The notes below the pieces were generated by a model that was not told where the DNA came from, searched no databases, and was given only the letters and a program-made list of their open reading frames with translations. A stretch of DNA of 64,000 bases. It comes from Eledone cirrhosa. Its lineage: Eukaryota. Positions 43,669 through 56,469 of the stretch are shown in pieces. The DNA lies in contig OZ024765.1 of the NCBI GenBank assembly GCA_964016885.1, positions 7,626,001-7,690,000 of the forward strand, written 5' to 3'. Within the stretch, counting starts at the first letter, position 1, and every line of letters starts with the position of its first letter. Made by a program: the position numbers and the translations under genes.

Positions 43669-46600
43669 CATACATACACATATATAATAATAACAACATT
43701 AATAAAGATGCTGATGTTACATAAATCGTTTATTCATTATAATTATTTCAACGGTTCTCCCATGCAATCAAGGTGAAATTCATGTATTTGTTGTTGTTAT
43801 GAGAATGGTATCCTCAGATGAAATTCAATGTTGTGATATGCCACCGGCAGGAAAAACACGTCCTTCTGCTCGTGCGTCCAGCAGACATAACTACGAATGT
43901 CGAAAGCTTTCTCCTGCTTGCTCCTGTTTTTACCAAAACAATCTCTTCAGAATATATATATATGTGTGAAGGCGGGTGGCTGAGTGGTTATAGAATTAGA
44001 TTCGCAATCGTGAGGTTGTGAGCTTGATTCCCAGACCGGGTTATGCATTATGTCCTTGAGCAAGACACTTTATTTCACATTCTTCCTTCTACCTGGAGTT
44101 GCGACCGATAGATAGTATTAACAATTGGAAAGACTAATGGAAACATTGTTTCCTCGGTCCAATTTGAGGAAAGTTGATCGACTGTCGATCTATATATATA
44201 TATAAGGATTTTACGGATTTTATGGGGAAAGACCAACTGGCAGGAGACCCACGCATTGGCCCACCACCAAGCAAAATGGTTGTATAACATCCATGAGGTT
44301 GGCTGGTCTGTCTCACCTGAGGGATCCAACTGAATCAATTGGAGATGGTTGCTTCTGACAGGATCCACTGGAAGGAATGTTTGAGGACTCTGCCCCCACA
44401 AACCTCTCAGGAATAAGTGGGTAATGAAGAAGAATATATATAATGGAGTTTCTTTTAGTTTAAAATTTTTACTAGATTTATTACTCATTATATTATGGTT
44501 AATTTCTTTGCGGGGTTGGGTATAATTTTGTGGTGTTATTTCTTCTTTCATCCTTACGGGGTCGATAAAATAAAGTACCAGTAATGCACTGGGTAATTTG
44601 CTGGCCTTGTGCCTAAAGTAGAAACAGTTATTTCTTTCCACACCCACCCTCTTGTGTTTCTTTGTTGTATTGTTTTATGAAGGCACATGGCTTAGTGGTT
44701 AGAGCATTGGGCTTGCAATCGTAAGGTTGTGAGTTCGATTCTCGGACTGGGTGATGCGTTGTGTCCTTGAGCAAGACACTTTATGTCACGTTGCTCCAGT
44801 TTACTCAGCTGTAGAAATGAGATGATAGGACTGGGGTCCCTATCATTAAGTTACCCAAGATACCTCCAACGAGATATACTTTGGAGGAGGCCAGCTAAAC
44901 CTTGCATAGGTGTGAGCTGTCACACTTGCGGGGTTGGGTATACTTTTACCAGTGTGGGTCAAATATTTATAATTTTATGGTGTTATTTCTTTCCACACCC
45001 ACCCTCTTGTTTTTCTTTGTTGTATTGTTTTATGAAGGCGCATGGCTTAGTGGTTAGAGCATTGGGCTTGTAATCGTAAGGTTGTGAGTTCGATTCTCGG
45101 ACTGGGTGATGCGTTGTGTCTTTGAGCAAGACACTTTATGTCACGTTGCTCCAGTTTACTCAGCTGTAGAAATGAGTTGCGACATCACTGGTGCCAAGCT
45201 GTATCAGCCATTGCCTTTCCCTTGGACAACATCAGTGGCATGGAGAGAGGGGGCTGGTATGCATGGCCGACTGTTGGTCTTCCACAAACAACCTTGCCCG
45301 GACTTGTGCTTTGGAGGGAAACTTTCCAGGTGCAAATCCCTTGTCATTCGTGACTGAAGGGTGTCTTTACCAATTTTTTTACTGTTATATATAATGATGG
45401 CTTAATGAAAAAAATGGGGTTTGTTTTAGTTAAATTTTTTTTACTAGGTTTGTGACTGGTAGAGGGTATCATCAATGGAACGACCAATGGAAACATTGTT
45501 TCCTTGGTCCAATTTGACAAGTTCCACCCCACCTGGTAAGCGAATGAGGTCTGGGTTCTTGTCAATTGAACTCTATGCTATCTATATATTACTCGTTATA
45601 TGATAGTTAAATTTTTCTTTTGGCATGGGTGTACTTTTACCAGTGTGGGTAAATAGTTAGAAAATTGTGGTGATATTTCTCCTTTTCCCTGCGCCTCTAT
45701 TATTTTTTTTTTTTGTTATATATAATGATGGCTTCCAGTGAAAAAAAGTAGGGTTTCTTTTAGTTTAAACATTTTAGTAGATTATTACTCATGATGGTTA
45801 ATTTTTTCTACCAATATGGGTAAATACATCGACTGAAAAGATCATAGTCTGACTAAGATACTCTCATGAAATAACTAAATGAGGTATATTTTCAACATTA
45901 TCTCTGGAAAAAAGCAATGCAGTTATTGATAAGACTATACATACATGCATCACACCATACACCACACACACACACACACCACACCAGACTACACATACAC
46001 CACAAATACACAGACTACACATACACATACCATACACAAACACCACACACCAGAGACCATTCAGAGGAACACTCTTTCAGCTATTTGCTTTTAAAGTTGA
46101 TAAAATTAAATACCAGTAAACTATTAGGGTCAATATGATCTTTCCTCTCCCCTAAAATACTTTGCAGTATTTAGTTACAACATTCTATGCTCTTAAGTTC
46201 AAATCCTGCCAAAGTAATTATGCTTTTCATGTTTTTGGGGGTCAATAAAATAAAGTACCAGTAATGCACTGGGGTAAATATAATCAACTTTCCCCTCCCC
46301 CAAAATTGTTGGCTTTGTGCTTATATTAAAAAGAGTTATTATGATGCTATTTGTGACATAACATATATCAAATTATGCTGAAAGGTTTTATTTAAGATAG
46401 GAACCCTTTAACCATTTTTATTACCATATTTCTAATGAAAGACACTGCCTGTGATTTTGAAATAATTTCGAAAATAATCAAGAATTTGGAGGGGTTTAGT
46501 AACTTAGTTTTGTTTGGATTGAAACTTAACAAAGATTCTTACATAAAATTAAAATGGAAGACTTTTAACCCATATTTCTAATGAAAGACACAGCCTAAGA

Positions 46601-48119
46601 GTTTCAAATAATTTCAAAAATAATCAAGAATTTAGAGAGATTTAGTAATACAGTTGTCCTCCGGTATTTGCGGGGCTTACATTCCTAGAGTACCTGCAAA
46701 GAGTGAAAAACCGCGAATATTGGATGTGGTCCATAAAAATGCCTATAAACGTTAAAATATAATAAAAAAAGAGGGAGCGTCTTATGCAAAGGGGCGTCCA
46801 GTCGGCCAGCAAATTCGGTATATTATTGATAATTTAGCATTAAAAACGTATATTGCCATGAAAAAAGCCATGAAAAAAATTGTGAATATGTGGTGATTTC
46901 CACAAACAATTATTAGGTTCCATGAATAACTGGGACCACAAATGCCGGGGTACACTGTATATCTAATTTTCTCATTAATAAGCTGGTTTTATAAACATAA
47001 AAGTACATATGAACTTGAAGAGATTCTTACATAAAATTATGAGAGATTTAAATTTAAATATAAAGAACATCAAATAGAATGCTTTGTGGTATTCATTTTG
47101 GCTATCTGCTTTCCGAGTTCAAATCCCACTGATGTTAACCCTTCAGCATTTAAACTTGCTGTATTCAGCCAGAATTCTCTCACCTCTTTTTGTCTTCAAA
47201 CTGGCTGTAACTGGCTGCTGATGCCACTACGAAAGAAATGCTGATGCCACTACGGCACCCTACAACTCTGTAGAGAGTTAAAGGACTATACATAGAAAGG
47301 AATGAGCTCCACCAGGTTTAAAATGCCGAAGACATGCTGTATATCACAACGTTGCTGCTACGATTCCATCAAGAGTTACAGGACCATACATATAAAGGGA
47401 CGGGCTCTGCCAGGCTTAAAATACCCAAGAAATGCTACTTCCTCAGGAGTTATGGGACTATACCATGCAATAAAGATGTTAAAACAAGCTACAGTGTATC
47501 AGAGAACCATTATATGGTGGATTGTGTAGTTTTTCTGTAGTGCATGCAGTTTAGGGCAAGGTAAGAAGAGTAAGCTGTAGGGAGTGGATAGGGAGAAATT
47601 AGAATGTAATAAAATACAATAAACGAGATAAAACTTGTTTAAAAATGGTTAACATTTTGTGTTTTATTGTTCGTTTAGGTGAAGGTAGGGGTGTAGATAT
47701 ATGTAGAAAGTTGAGTGGGTGAGATCTAAAATTTAGGTTTGAATTAAGGTTAGAGTTAGGGTAGACAGTTGAGATTGCAAATAATTATTTTAAAAAAAAA
47801 TACAGTATTCTTTTAATTTTTGTTAGAATTTTGTTATAAGTTTAACTTTTAGTGCTTTCGTTGTAATTTTGAACATTTTAATTTAATTTAATTTAATATT
47901 TTTTTGGCTGATAATTTATTGCAATCCATATTTAAACTAAAAATTTTATTGTTTCTAATATATTAACTTGATATTATTTTATTAGGATTGTATATTTTTG
48001 TACTGGCTGCCATTTCAGTTTAACACTTTTCGTTACCGTATTTCTAATAAGAGACACTGCCTATATAAGAAGTGGTCACAAGCTCTGATACTCAATTGAT
48101 TCTAACATCGCCATCAGCT

Positions 48120-48790
48120 TTAACCCTTTCATTACCATATTTCTAATGAAAGACACTGCCTATGTCTTTAACCCTTTCATTACCATATTTCTAATTAAAG
48201 ACACTGCCTATGTCTTTAACCCTTTCATTACCATATTTCTAATGAAAGACACTGCCTATGTCTTCAACCCTTTCATTACCATATTTCTAATGAAAGACAC
48301 TGCCTATGTCTTTAACCCTTTCATTACCATATTTCTAATGAAAGACACTGCCTATGTCTTTAACCCTTTCATTACCATATTTCTAATGAAAGACACTGTC
48401 TATGTCTTTAACCCTTTCATTACCATATTTCTAATGAAAGACACTGTCTATGTCATTAACCCTTTCATTACCATATTTCTAATGAAAGACACTTCCTATC
48501 TCTTCAACGCTTTCATTACCATATTTCTAATGAAAGACACTGCCTATGTCATTAACCCTTTTATTACCATATTTCTAATGAAAGACACTGCCTATGTCTT
48601 TAACCCTTTCATTACCATATTTCTAATGAAAGACACTGTCTATGCCATTAACCCTTTCATTACCATATTTCTAATGAAAGACACTGCCTATGTCTTTAAC
48701 CCTTTCATTACCATATTTCTAATAAAAGACACTGCCTATCTCTTCAACCCTTTCATTACCATATTTCTAATGAAAGACACCGCTTATGGG
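48120..48790. repeat. 48-bp minisatellite, about 14 copies, matching a MITE terminus
   Basis: Unit TAACCCTTTCATTACCATATTTCTAATGAAAGACACTGCCTATGTCTT. Dispersed monomers at about 46408, 48020, 49219 and 50219. Confidence 0.92.
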
Positions 48791-48869
48791 TCTCAAATAA
48801 AATAAAAAAATAATCAAGAATTTAGAGGGATTTAGTAATATAACTAACTTTCTCATTATAATAATAATA

Positions 48870-49215
48870 ATGAAATTATTGTGTAAAGTGATCAGGTGCA
48901 CTACAACTCGTCAAAGGTGTATGTATAGTACATAGAATAATACACAAATGTCAGGGAAGTACATGTGTGTATGTGTTAGCTGTAGTGTTGGCGGATCTCG
49001 GGAAGCATGGAGGCCTTAAAGGATGCAGTGTCTCGACAGCTAACAACTGATGCAAGTAGTTTGTTCCATGCTTCAGCAACTCTGAGCGTGAAAAAATGTT
49101 TCCAAAAGTCATGGGAACTGTGCTGTTTTCTTACTTTGTGGGCATGTCCACGTGTGTTAGACACATGGAAATCAAAAAGGTACTTAAGGTTGTTGTTGGC
49201 AACATGGTTAACAAT
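48870..49215 (-). mobile_element. CR1-type LINE 3' remnant (longer relative at 50820-51380)
   Basis: NTRGHAHKVRKQ...FFTLRVAEAWNKL, a CR1/L2-type C-terminal motif. Confidence 0.8.
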
Positions 49216-49489
49216 TTCAACCCTTTCATTACCATATTTCTAATGACTCTGCTTATGGTTATCAAATGATTTTGAAAATAATCAAGAATTGTGACAGTGT
49301 AGTGCCTGTGTGACTAACGGCCAAAAATCCAGTACAATTATTATTGTAGAGCGTTGAACCAATCTTTGCATTGTCTTTCACACACACACACACACATTTG
49401 TATTTTCTAATACACACACATTCTCTCTCTCACACACATTCTCTCTCACACACATATTCTCTCTCACACACACATTCTCTCTCACACAC

Positions 49490-49522
<33 letters not shown>

Positions 49523-51938
49523 TTCACTTTCTCACACACTTTCTCTCTCTCTCACACACATTCACTCTCTCACACACACTTTCTCTCTCACACACATTCT
49601 CTCTCACATACATTTTCTCTCTCTCTCTCACACACACTTTCTCTCTCACACATTCTCTCTCTCTCACACACATTCTCTCTCTCTCTCTCTCACACACACA
49701 TTCACTCTCACACACACACACTTTCTCTCTCACACACATTCTCTCTCTCTCTCTCTCTCTCTCTCACATACATTCATTCTCTCACACACACTTTCTCTCT
49801 CACACACATTCTCTACACACATTCTCTCTTTCTCACACGCACATACATTCTTTTTTATACACACATCCTCATACGCATACACATGCTTTTACATTTACAT
49901 ACATAAATTCACACACATTCTCTCTCACATACATATATATTCACACACATTCACATGTGCACACACATTCTATCACACACACACATTCTATCTCACACAC
50001 ACACATTCTCTACCTCACACACTTATACACACAAACAGGGTGGCAGGACTTACAAACAAGATATAGAAAATATTTGAAATGTTTTCCAGCCATCTCAAAC
50101 ATGTTGTGTGAAGCTATTTTTCTCTAGTTTCTACATGAAATAATATTCACTATAAAAAAATTACTATTAGTATTATTTTCTTTGGTACAGAGTCAAATAC
50201 CAAAGCATTTGGAATCTTTAATCCTTCCGTTACCATATTTCTAGTGAAAGACACTATGGTTTTCAAATAATTTTGAAAATAAACAGAAATTTTGAGAGAT
50301 TTTGTAATATAAACTTTCTCATTATCAAACCTTTCATTGCCATATTTCTAAGGAACGAGACTGTCTATGGATTTCAAATGATTTTGAAAATAATTGAGAA
50401 TTTGGAGAGATTTAATAATATAAATAACTTTATTATTAAGCTGGTGTTTGGAATATAATTTCTCATATAATTATGATGGAAGGTTTTTAGATAAATATAA
50501 ACATCTAAAAATTAACAGCTTTGTATCATAGAACCAGGAGTGGTTTCAGAGGCTTTAATATCAAAAGAATGAACCCTTTCATTACCATACATAACTTTAC
50601 AAAGGTTCTGAAGTAAAATTATGCTCACATATTCCTCAGCTTATATTTCGAGTGTATACGGTAACTTTATCATTAAGCTGGTGTTTTGAACATAGCTTAA
50701 CAAGGTTTTACATAAAATTATGTTGGAAGATTTTTAGACAAATATATAGGCACTTGAATCATTTCGTTAATATATTTCCTATGTAAGACACTACCTATGG
50801 TTTTTAATATTTTTAATAATGAAAATTATTGTACAGTGCTCAGATGCACTACTACTTATGTATAGTACATAAATAATGTAAAAAAGTCAGGGAAGTGAAC
50901 AGTCATGATATATATGTGTGCATGAGTATGGAGGGGCATTATCAGGTGTAGTGTTGGCGAATTTCGGGAAGCATGGACATTTTGAAAGATGCAGTGTCTC
51001 AGCAGCTAACAACTGATGCAGGTAGTTTGTTTCAGTAACTCAGAGCATGAAAAATTATTCCCGAAAGTCACGGGAGCTGTACTGTTTTCTGATTTTGTAA
51101 GCATGTCCAATGGTGTTAGACATATGGAGTTAATAAAGGTGCCCAGGGCTGTTGTTGGAAAGATGGTTAATAATCTTGTGGGTGTCTACCAAGTCAGTTG
51201 CCAGACATGCCCAGGGGAGCAAGGCGTTCAGAGTATGGTAGATGCCTGATGGAAGGTATTCGTTTGGTTGCACGTCTCTGAACAGTTTCCAGGAGATCTA
51301 TATTCTGAGCAAAATAGGGGTTCCAGGCTGGTGATGCAAATTCTAAGTGTGGCTGCACTGCTGGAGAGCAGCTGACAAAGGTCTTACTTAGATAAATACA
51401 AACATTTCAGAATAAACAGTTTTGTTTCATAGAACTGGGGTATGAGGCTTCAGGTGGTTTAGTAAACACTGGCTTAAGAAAATAGAAGCATTTTTGTTAA
51501 TCTAATGCTGTGGCACCTCCTCTAGTGGCAACCTGGTGTGTTTAGCTATCAGCCCAGATTTCGCTTCCCGCCGGGCCAAAGAGAGTAAAGTATGCAAGTA
51601 TTGGCCACTCTCTAATCAGTTTGTGGTAGAGCATGTAGCAGTGGACACTTCCAGTGTTCTTGGTTCATCCCTTCAGACCTCATCCCTGCTCACTGCTATC
51701 GGAGCAGAGTTGGATGCCTGTAGGTGTTAGCCCCGTGAATTGTAGTGGCTGTTTCAGTGCGTCTCCCTTGCCGACTTCTGGAGCAGTGTCTTCTCTATCC
51801 TATTGGCTGGGACTAAGGGGTGGACGTCATATTAGGGCAGATGCCTCTCATATGCGAGTCCTTTGAGGCCATTTTGCCACTCTAATGGATTATTTATTAA
51901 TCTTTACAAGCTTTCTTTGTTAAATTCCAATCATGAAC

Positions 51939-52484
51939 TACCATATTTGATGGCTTATAAGATACATGGGCTTATAAGATGAACCTCAATTTGGGCAGGT
52001 ATTTAAATAAATAAATGGGTTTAAACTACAAATGTCAGGTGAAGGGTATAAAGTTTGTACATTATATTTTTTTTTATTATCATTCTACAATGTAATTCTA
52101 ATTGTAATATTTTAGTATCTTTAAAAACAAGGAAATGTGAAAATAAATTTATTTTATTCTCTACATTGTATTTTTTGTTGAAATACATTTGAAGTACATT
52201 TTTAAAACCAAAGAAAGTGAAAATAAATTTATTTTATTCATCATAAAATTTATTAAAATTGTAGCTTTTTTAAAAAAAAAAAAAAGTTACTACTGTTGAT
52301 GTAGAAGCTATTGCCACCTTATTTACATTTTTGGAGATGTTTGTGATTTAATTTAAGGGCCACTGCAGCACTAGAACTCCACTAGCCAGTAACACAAACT
52401 GATCCTTCACCTTATAAGACGCAGCGTGATTTTCTGGGACATTTTTGGGGAAAAAAAGTTTCTTATAAGTCATCAAATACAGTA
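51939..52484. mobile_element. pogo-type MITE
   Basis: TIRs TACCATATTTGATGGCTTATAAGA and TCTTATAAGTCATCAAATACAGTA. Confidence 0.7.
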
Positions 52485-52564
52485 CCTACTTGTTGTTATT
52501 GCTGTTGTTGTTGTTAATACCGTTACTCAATGTTTATTTGCCTTCAATTTTTTTTTTCTTTCAG

Positions 52565-52624
52565 GCTGAAAATTTAATTTTTAAAGACAGAAAACTAAAT
52601 ATCGGACCAGCCATCAGAAAACAG
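52565..52624 (+). CDS. boule: boule exon at the end of the RRM: AENLIFKDRKLNIGPAIRKQ
   Basis: T-rich tract plus CAG acceptor, CAG|GTAAAA donor, 60 nt. KLNIGPAIRKQ is typical of Boule. Confidence 0.95.
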
Positions 52625-53287
52625 GTAAAAGACTCATAGTTTGAGTTTGAATCCTGTTGAAGTCAACTTAGTATTTTATCCTTTCAGAGTTGATAAAATA
52701 AAGTACCAGTCAACAATTGATTTGATTTAATAGACTTTCCCCTTGTTAGTCTTCAGCTTAAATTAAAATCCATCAATGCCAGTACAGTAGGGGGTAAACT
52801 TGGCAGAGTCGTTAGGATGTCGGATAAAATGACTTGTGGTATTTATTCTGGCTCTCTGCTCTGAGTTTGTGTCCCGCTAAGGTCAGCTTTCCCTTTCATC
52901 CATACGAGGTCGATAAAAAAAAGTACCAGTCTAGTACTGGGGTCGATTCTTCCTCTATATCTCTTTCTCACTTCCATTCTCTCACTCTCTCTATCCTTCT
53001 TTGGATAGAGAGATCTACTGTATTCCAACCTGGAGAGAGATGGCCTTCGCCAGGTTTAAAAATGCCCTAGAAATGCTGTATGTCAATGCATCTCCCCCCT
53101 CGACTCCCTCAAGTGTTATGGAACCATGCATGGATGCAATACCAGTAGTACACAGAATCGATAGAGCATCTGACAAAATGCTTTGTGATATGACTTCCTG
53201 CATTCTGAATCTAAATTTTGCCAAATACTTCTTATGAATGATGTAGTTTTATTTCCATGAAAACCTATTTTTGTGTTCAATTCCCAG

Positions 53288-53341
53288 GTTCATATGACGA
53301 CACAATTACTGGCAGATCTCTACGCTCAAGGAGCAGCAGAG
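53288..53341 (+). CDS. boule: Candidate alternative in-frame boule exon: VHMTTQLLADLYAQGAAE
   Basis: TTCAATTCCCAG acceptor, GAG|GTAAGC donor, 54 nt, phase 0-0, stop-free, in unique sequence between repeats. Confidence 0.5.
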
Positions 53342-53521
53342 GTAAGCTAGCTTTCTATTATATATTGATTTCATCATCCACCTCCCACATCTTAACACCC
53401 CACCCTTCATTCACGTCCTTACAACTCCCTGCATCCCAGGTCCCAGTCCACACTGTAAATGTGGTTGGCATTAAGAAGGGAATCCAGAAACAGTTGTGTG
53501 TGTGTATGTGTGTGTATATAT

Positions 53522-54621
53522 ATCATCATCATCATCATCATCATACGTCCGCTTTTCCCTGCTTGCAAGGGTGGGACGGGTCCTATTCAGCACAGCATCT
53601 CTCCACTTGTCAGGGACGGCCCTTCGTCATCTCCCCCGTGAGCTTCAGCGATCTGAGGTCTGCTCTCACCACCTCCACCCATGTTTTTTTGTGATCTTCC
53701 TCTACTGCGTCTTCCTTCTACAAGGATTTCTTGGCACTTCTTTACCCAGCGGTCATCCTCCATGTACATCACATGTCCATACCATCTCAGTCTTCTCTCC
53801 CACACACCACAACTTATCTCTCTTATACACAGTTTCTCTCTCTCACCACCTCTGCCCATGTTTTTCGTGGTCTTCCTCTACTGCGTCTTCCTTCTACAGG
53901 GATTTCTTGGCACTTCTTTACCCAGCGGTCATCCTCCATGTACATCACATGTCCATACCATCTCAGTCTTCTCTCCCACACACCACAACTTATCTCTCTT
54001 ATACACAGTTTCTCTCTCTCACCACCTCTGCCCATGTTTTTCGTGGTCTTCCTCTACTGCGTCTCCCTTCTACAGGGATTTCTTGGCACTTCTTTACCCA
54101 GCGATCATCCTCCATGCGCATCACATGTCCATACCATCGCAGTCTTCTCTCCCACACACCACAGCCTATCCCTCTTAGACACAGTTTCTCTCTCACCACC
54201 TCTGCCCATGATTTTCATGGTCTTCCTCTACTGCGTCTTCCTTCTACAGGGATTTCTTGGCACTTCTTTACCCAGCGATCATCCTCCATGCGCATCACAT
54301 GTCCATAACATCGCAGTCTTCTCTCCCACACACTACAACTTATCTCTCTTATGCACAGTTTCTCTCTCAACTCATCTATGCTTGGTCGTTCACACACATT
54401 GACATATATATATAATCCTTATTGAACCTTCTTCGGATTTTAGTCTTTACATTTATTATTACTATATATATATATATATAGTTTTGTTGACAAATATATC
54501 AATGTGCCCAGACACGCAGATATATTATAGGCTCTGATGATTCCTGCCTTAGGGTATGGATGAAACACTATTAGCTAATAAAACAATGTATTTCTAAGCA
54601 CTCTTTGGTTATTCCTAAACC

Positions 54622-54661
<40 letters not shown>

Positions 54662-54691
54662 TAATATATATATATATATATGTATATATAT

Positions 54692-54723
<32 letters not shown>

Positions 54724-54960
54724 CATATGTATATATATATATGTATATATATATATGTATATATATATGTATATATATATATGTATATATATATATGTAT
54801 ATATATATATGTATATATATATGTATCTATATATATATATATATATATGTATATGTATATATGCTTGGTCATTCACACACATTGACATTACACATCCAAC
54901 GGAGCATGCTTGCTTCATTTCTCTCCAACCATCTCATATCTTCTGTATATCTATTATTCT
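53522..54960 (-). mobile_element. RTE LINE 3' remnant with a segment of about 176 bp repeated 4 times, split by (TA)n
   Basis: Repeated WERRLRWYGHVM.MEDDRWVKKCQEIPVEGRRSRGRPRKTW; the sequence resumes at about 54860. Confidence 0.85.
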
Positions 54961-55174
54961 GAAGAGTCCTCCCAACCCTTTCCTCGGTAGGGTTTCCTCC
55001 AGTTGGATGCCCTTTTTATCACCAACCACTTTACAGTGTGCTGGGTGTGTTTATCACCAACACTCTGGACATCATATCTTTGATACAACTGAAGGGTCCT
55101 CCTGACTTTTATTTGGCAGGGTATTCTACAGCTGGATGCCCTTCCTATCACCAAATGTTATGAAATTATTGAAA

Positions 55175-56067
55175 TCAGGTTCTCAAAGTGCTCCCACCCC
55201 CGGACGTTCAGAAGGTTCGGGGGGGGGGGGGGCACTGGGGTCAAGGGGACATTCAGGGAGGCGGCAGAGATGATATAATAATATATTAAATATCAAATGA
55301 TACATATTTTTTTCATTTCATTTTCCGTCTGCTTTTTCCCTGCTTGCAAGGGTGGGACGGGAACTGATTCTGGCTTGATTTCTACAGCTGGATGCCCTTC
55401 CTAACACCAACCTCATTTACAGTGAGTGCTGGGTGCTTTTTTGCCGTGGCACCTCCACGACCACTTTGCAGTGGAATGATAGGGACCCCAGTCCCTATCA
55501 TCTCATTTCTACAGCTGAGTAAACTGGAGCAATGTGAAATAAAGTGTCTTGCTCAAGGAAACAACACATCACCTGGTCTGAGAATTGAACTCACAACCTT
55601 TTGATTGCAAGGCCAATGCTCTAACCACTAAGCCATGTGCCTCCATATTATATATAAATATAGGTGGTGGATTGGCAGTATCGGTAGAAGATCAGATGCC
55701 ATGCTTTACAGCATAGAATTACTTGAATCCCTTTATGGTGTGAGTTCAAACCCGCTGAGGTTAACTTTGCCTTTCATCCTTATGGGGTTGATAAAATAAA
55801 GTACCAGTAATGTACTGGAATAATTGCTGGCTTTGTGCCAAAAGCAGAAACAATTATATATAAATATAGTAAAATGAAAAATATATATTTATTTATACAT
55901 AGTATATATTATATTATTTATTATATATAAATTAACGATTTTATTTATGATCTATTATTTTCAATTTGCTTGTAGGCAGGTCTCTCTGGAAACAGGGTTG
56001 GGAGGGTGCTGAGGTTATAACGTGGCCATGAGGGGCGCGGTGGCCCAAAAAGTTTCAGAATCTCTGA
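55175..56067. mobile_element. hAT/Charlie-like MITE carrying two nested SINEs
   Basis: Ends CAGGTTCTCAAA and TTTCAGAATCTCTG; SINEs at 55315-55645 (-) and 55665-55855 (+). Confidence 0.5.
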
Positions 56068-56139
56068 TTTAAATAAAAATATTTTTCCACAGAAACAGCA
56101 AAATACTTAATTTATATATATTTTTCTTCTTCTTTCCAG

Positions 56140-56164
56140 CAAGTATCGCCGAGATCTTATGGAG
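56140..56164 (+). CDS. boule: boule microexon: QVSPRSYG(+1 nt)
   Basis: Strong TTTTTCTTCTTCTTTCCAG acceptor and G|GTAAGT donor. Gives ...AIRKQ-QV..., matching the Boule post-RRM pattern. Confidence 0.75.
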
Positions 56165-56469
56165 GTAAGTTGACCAAAATTAACAAAAAATTTTTCTCTC
56201 TCCTTATGTCATGTCACGTCAGATACCCTAGTAAAGTTAGTATTATTAATTGTATTAAAGGATTTATGGTCTAGTTAAAATAGTGGTTATAATACTATAG
56301 CAGAATGATAGATATACTGATATTAGTTATTTAGCTAACGCCTTCTTTGTACTAGTTATAATTAGTTAATCTTACTAAAAATGCTCTCATCATACAAGGT
56401 TTGCCATTGAAGTTAAAAATAAAACACATATTCTCTTATTCTTGTACTGCTGTCAGTCATTAGCCTGTG

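Noticed and set aside
47244-47545. Possible CACTA-type element (CACTAC...GTAGTG ends)
   Set aside because: The terminal match is short and the TSD is unconvincing.
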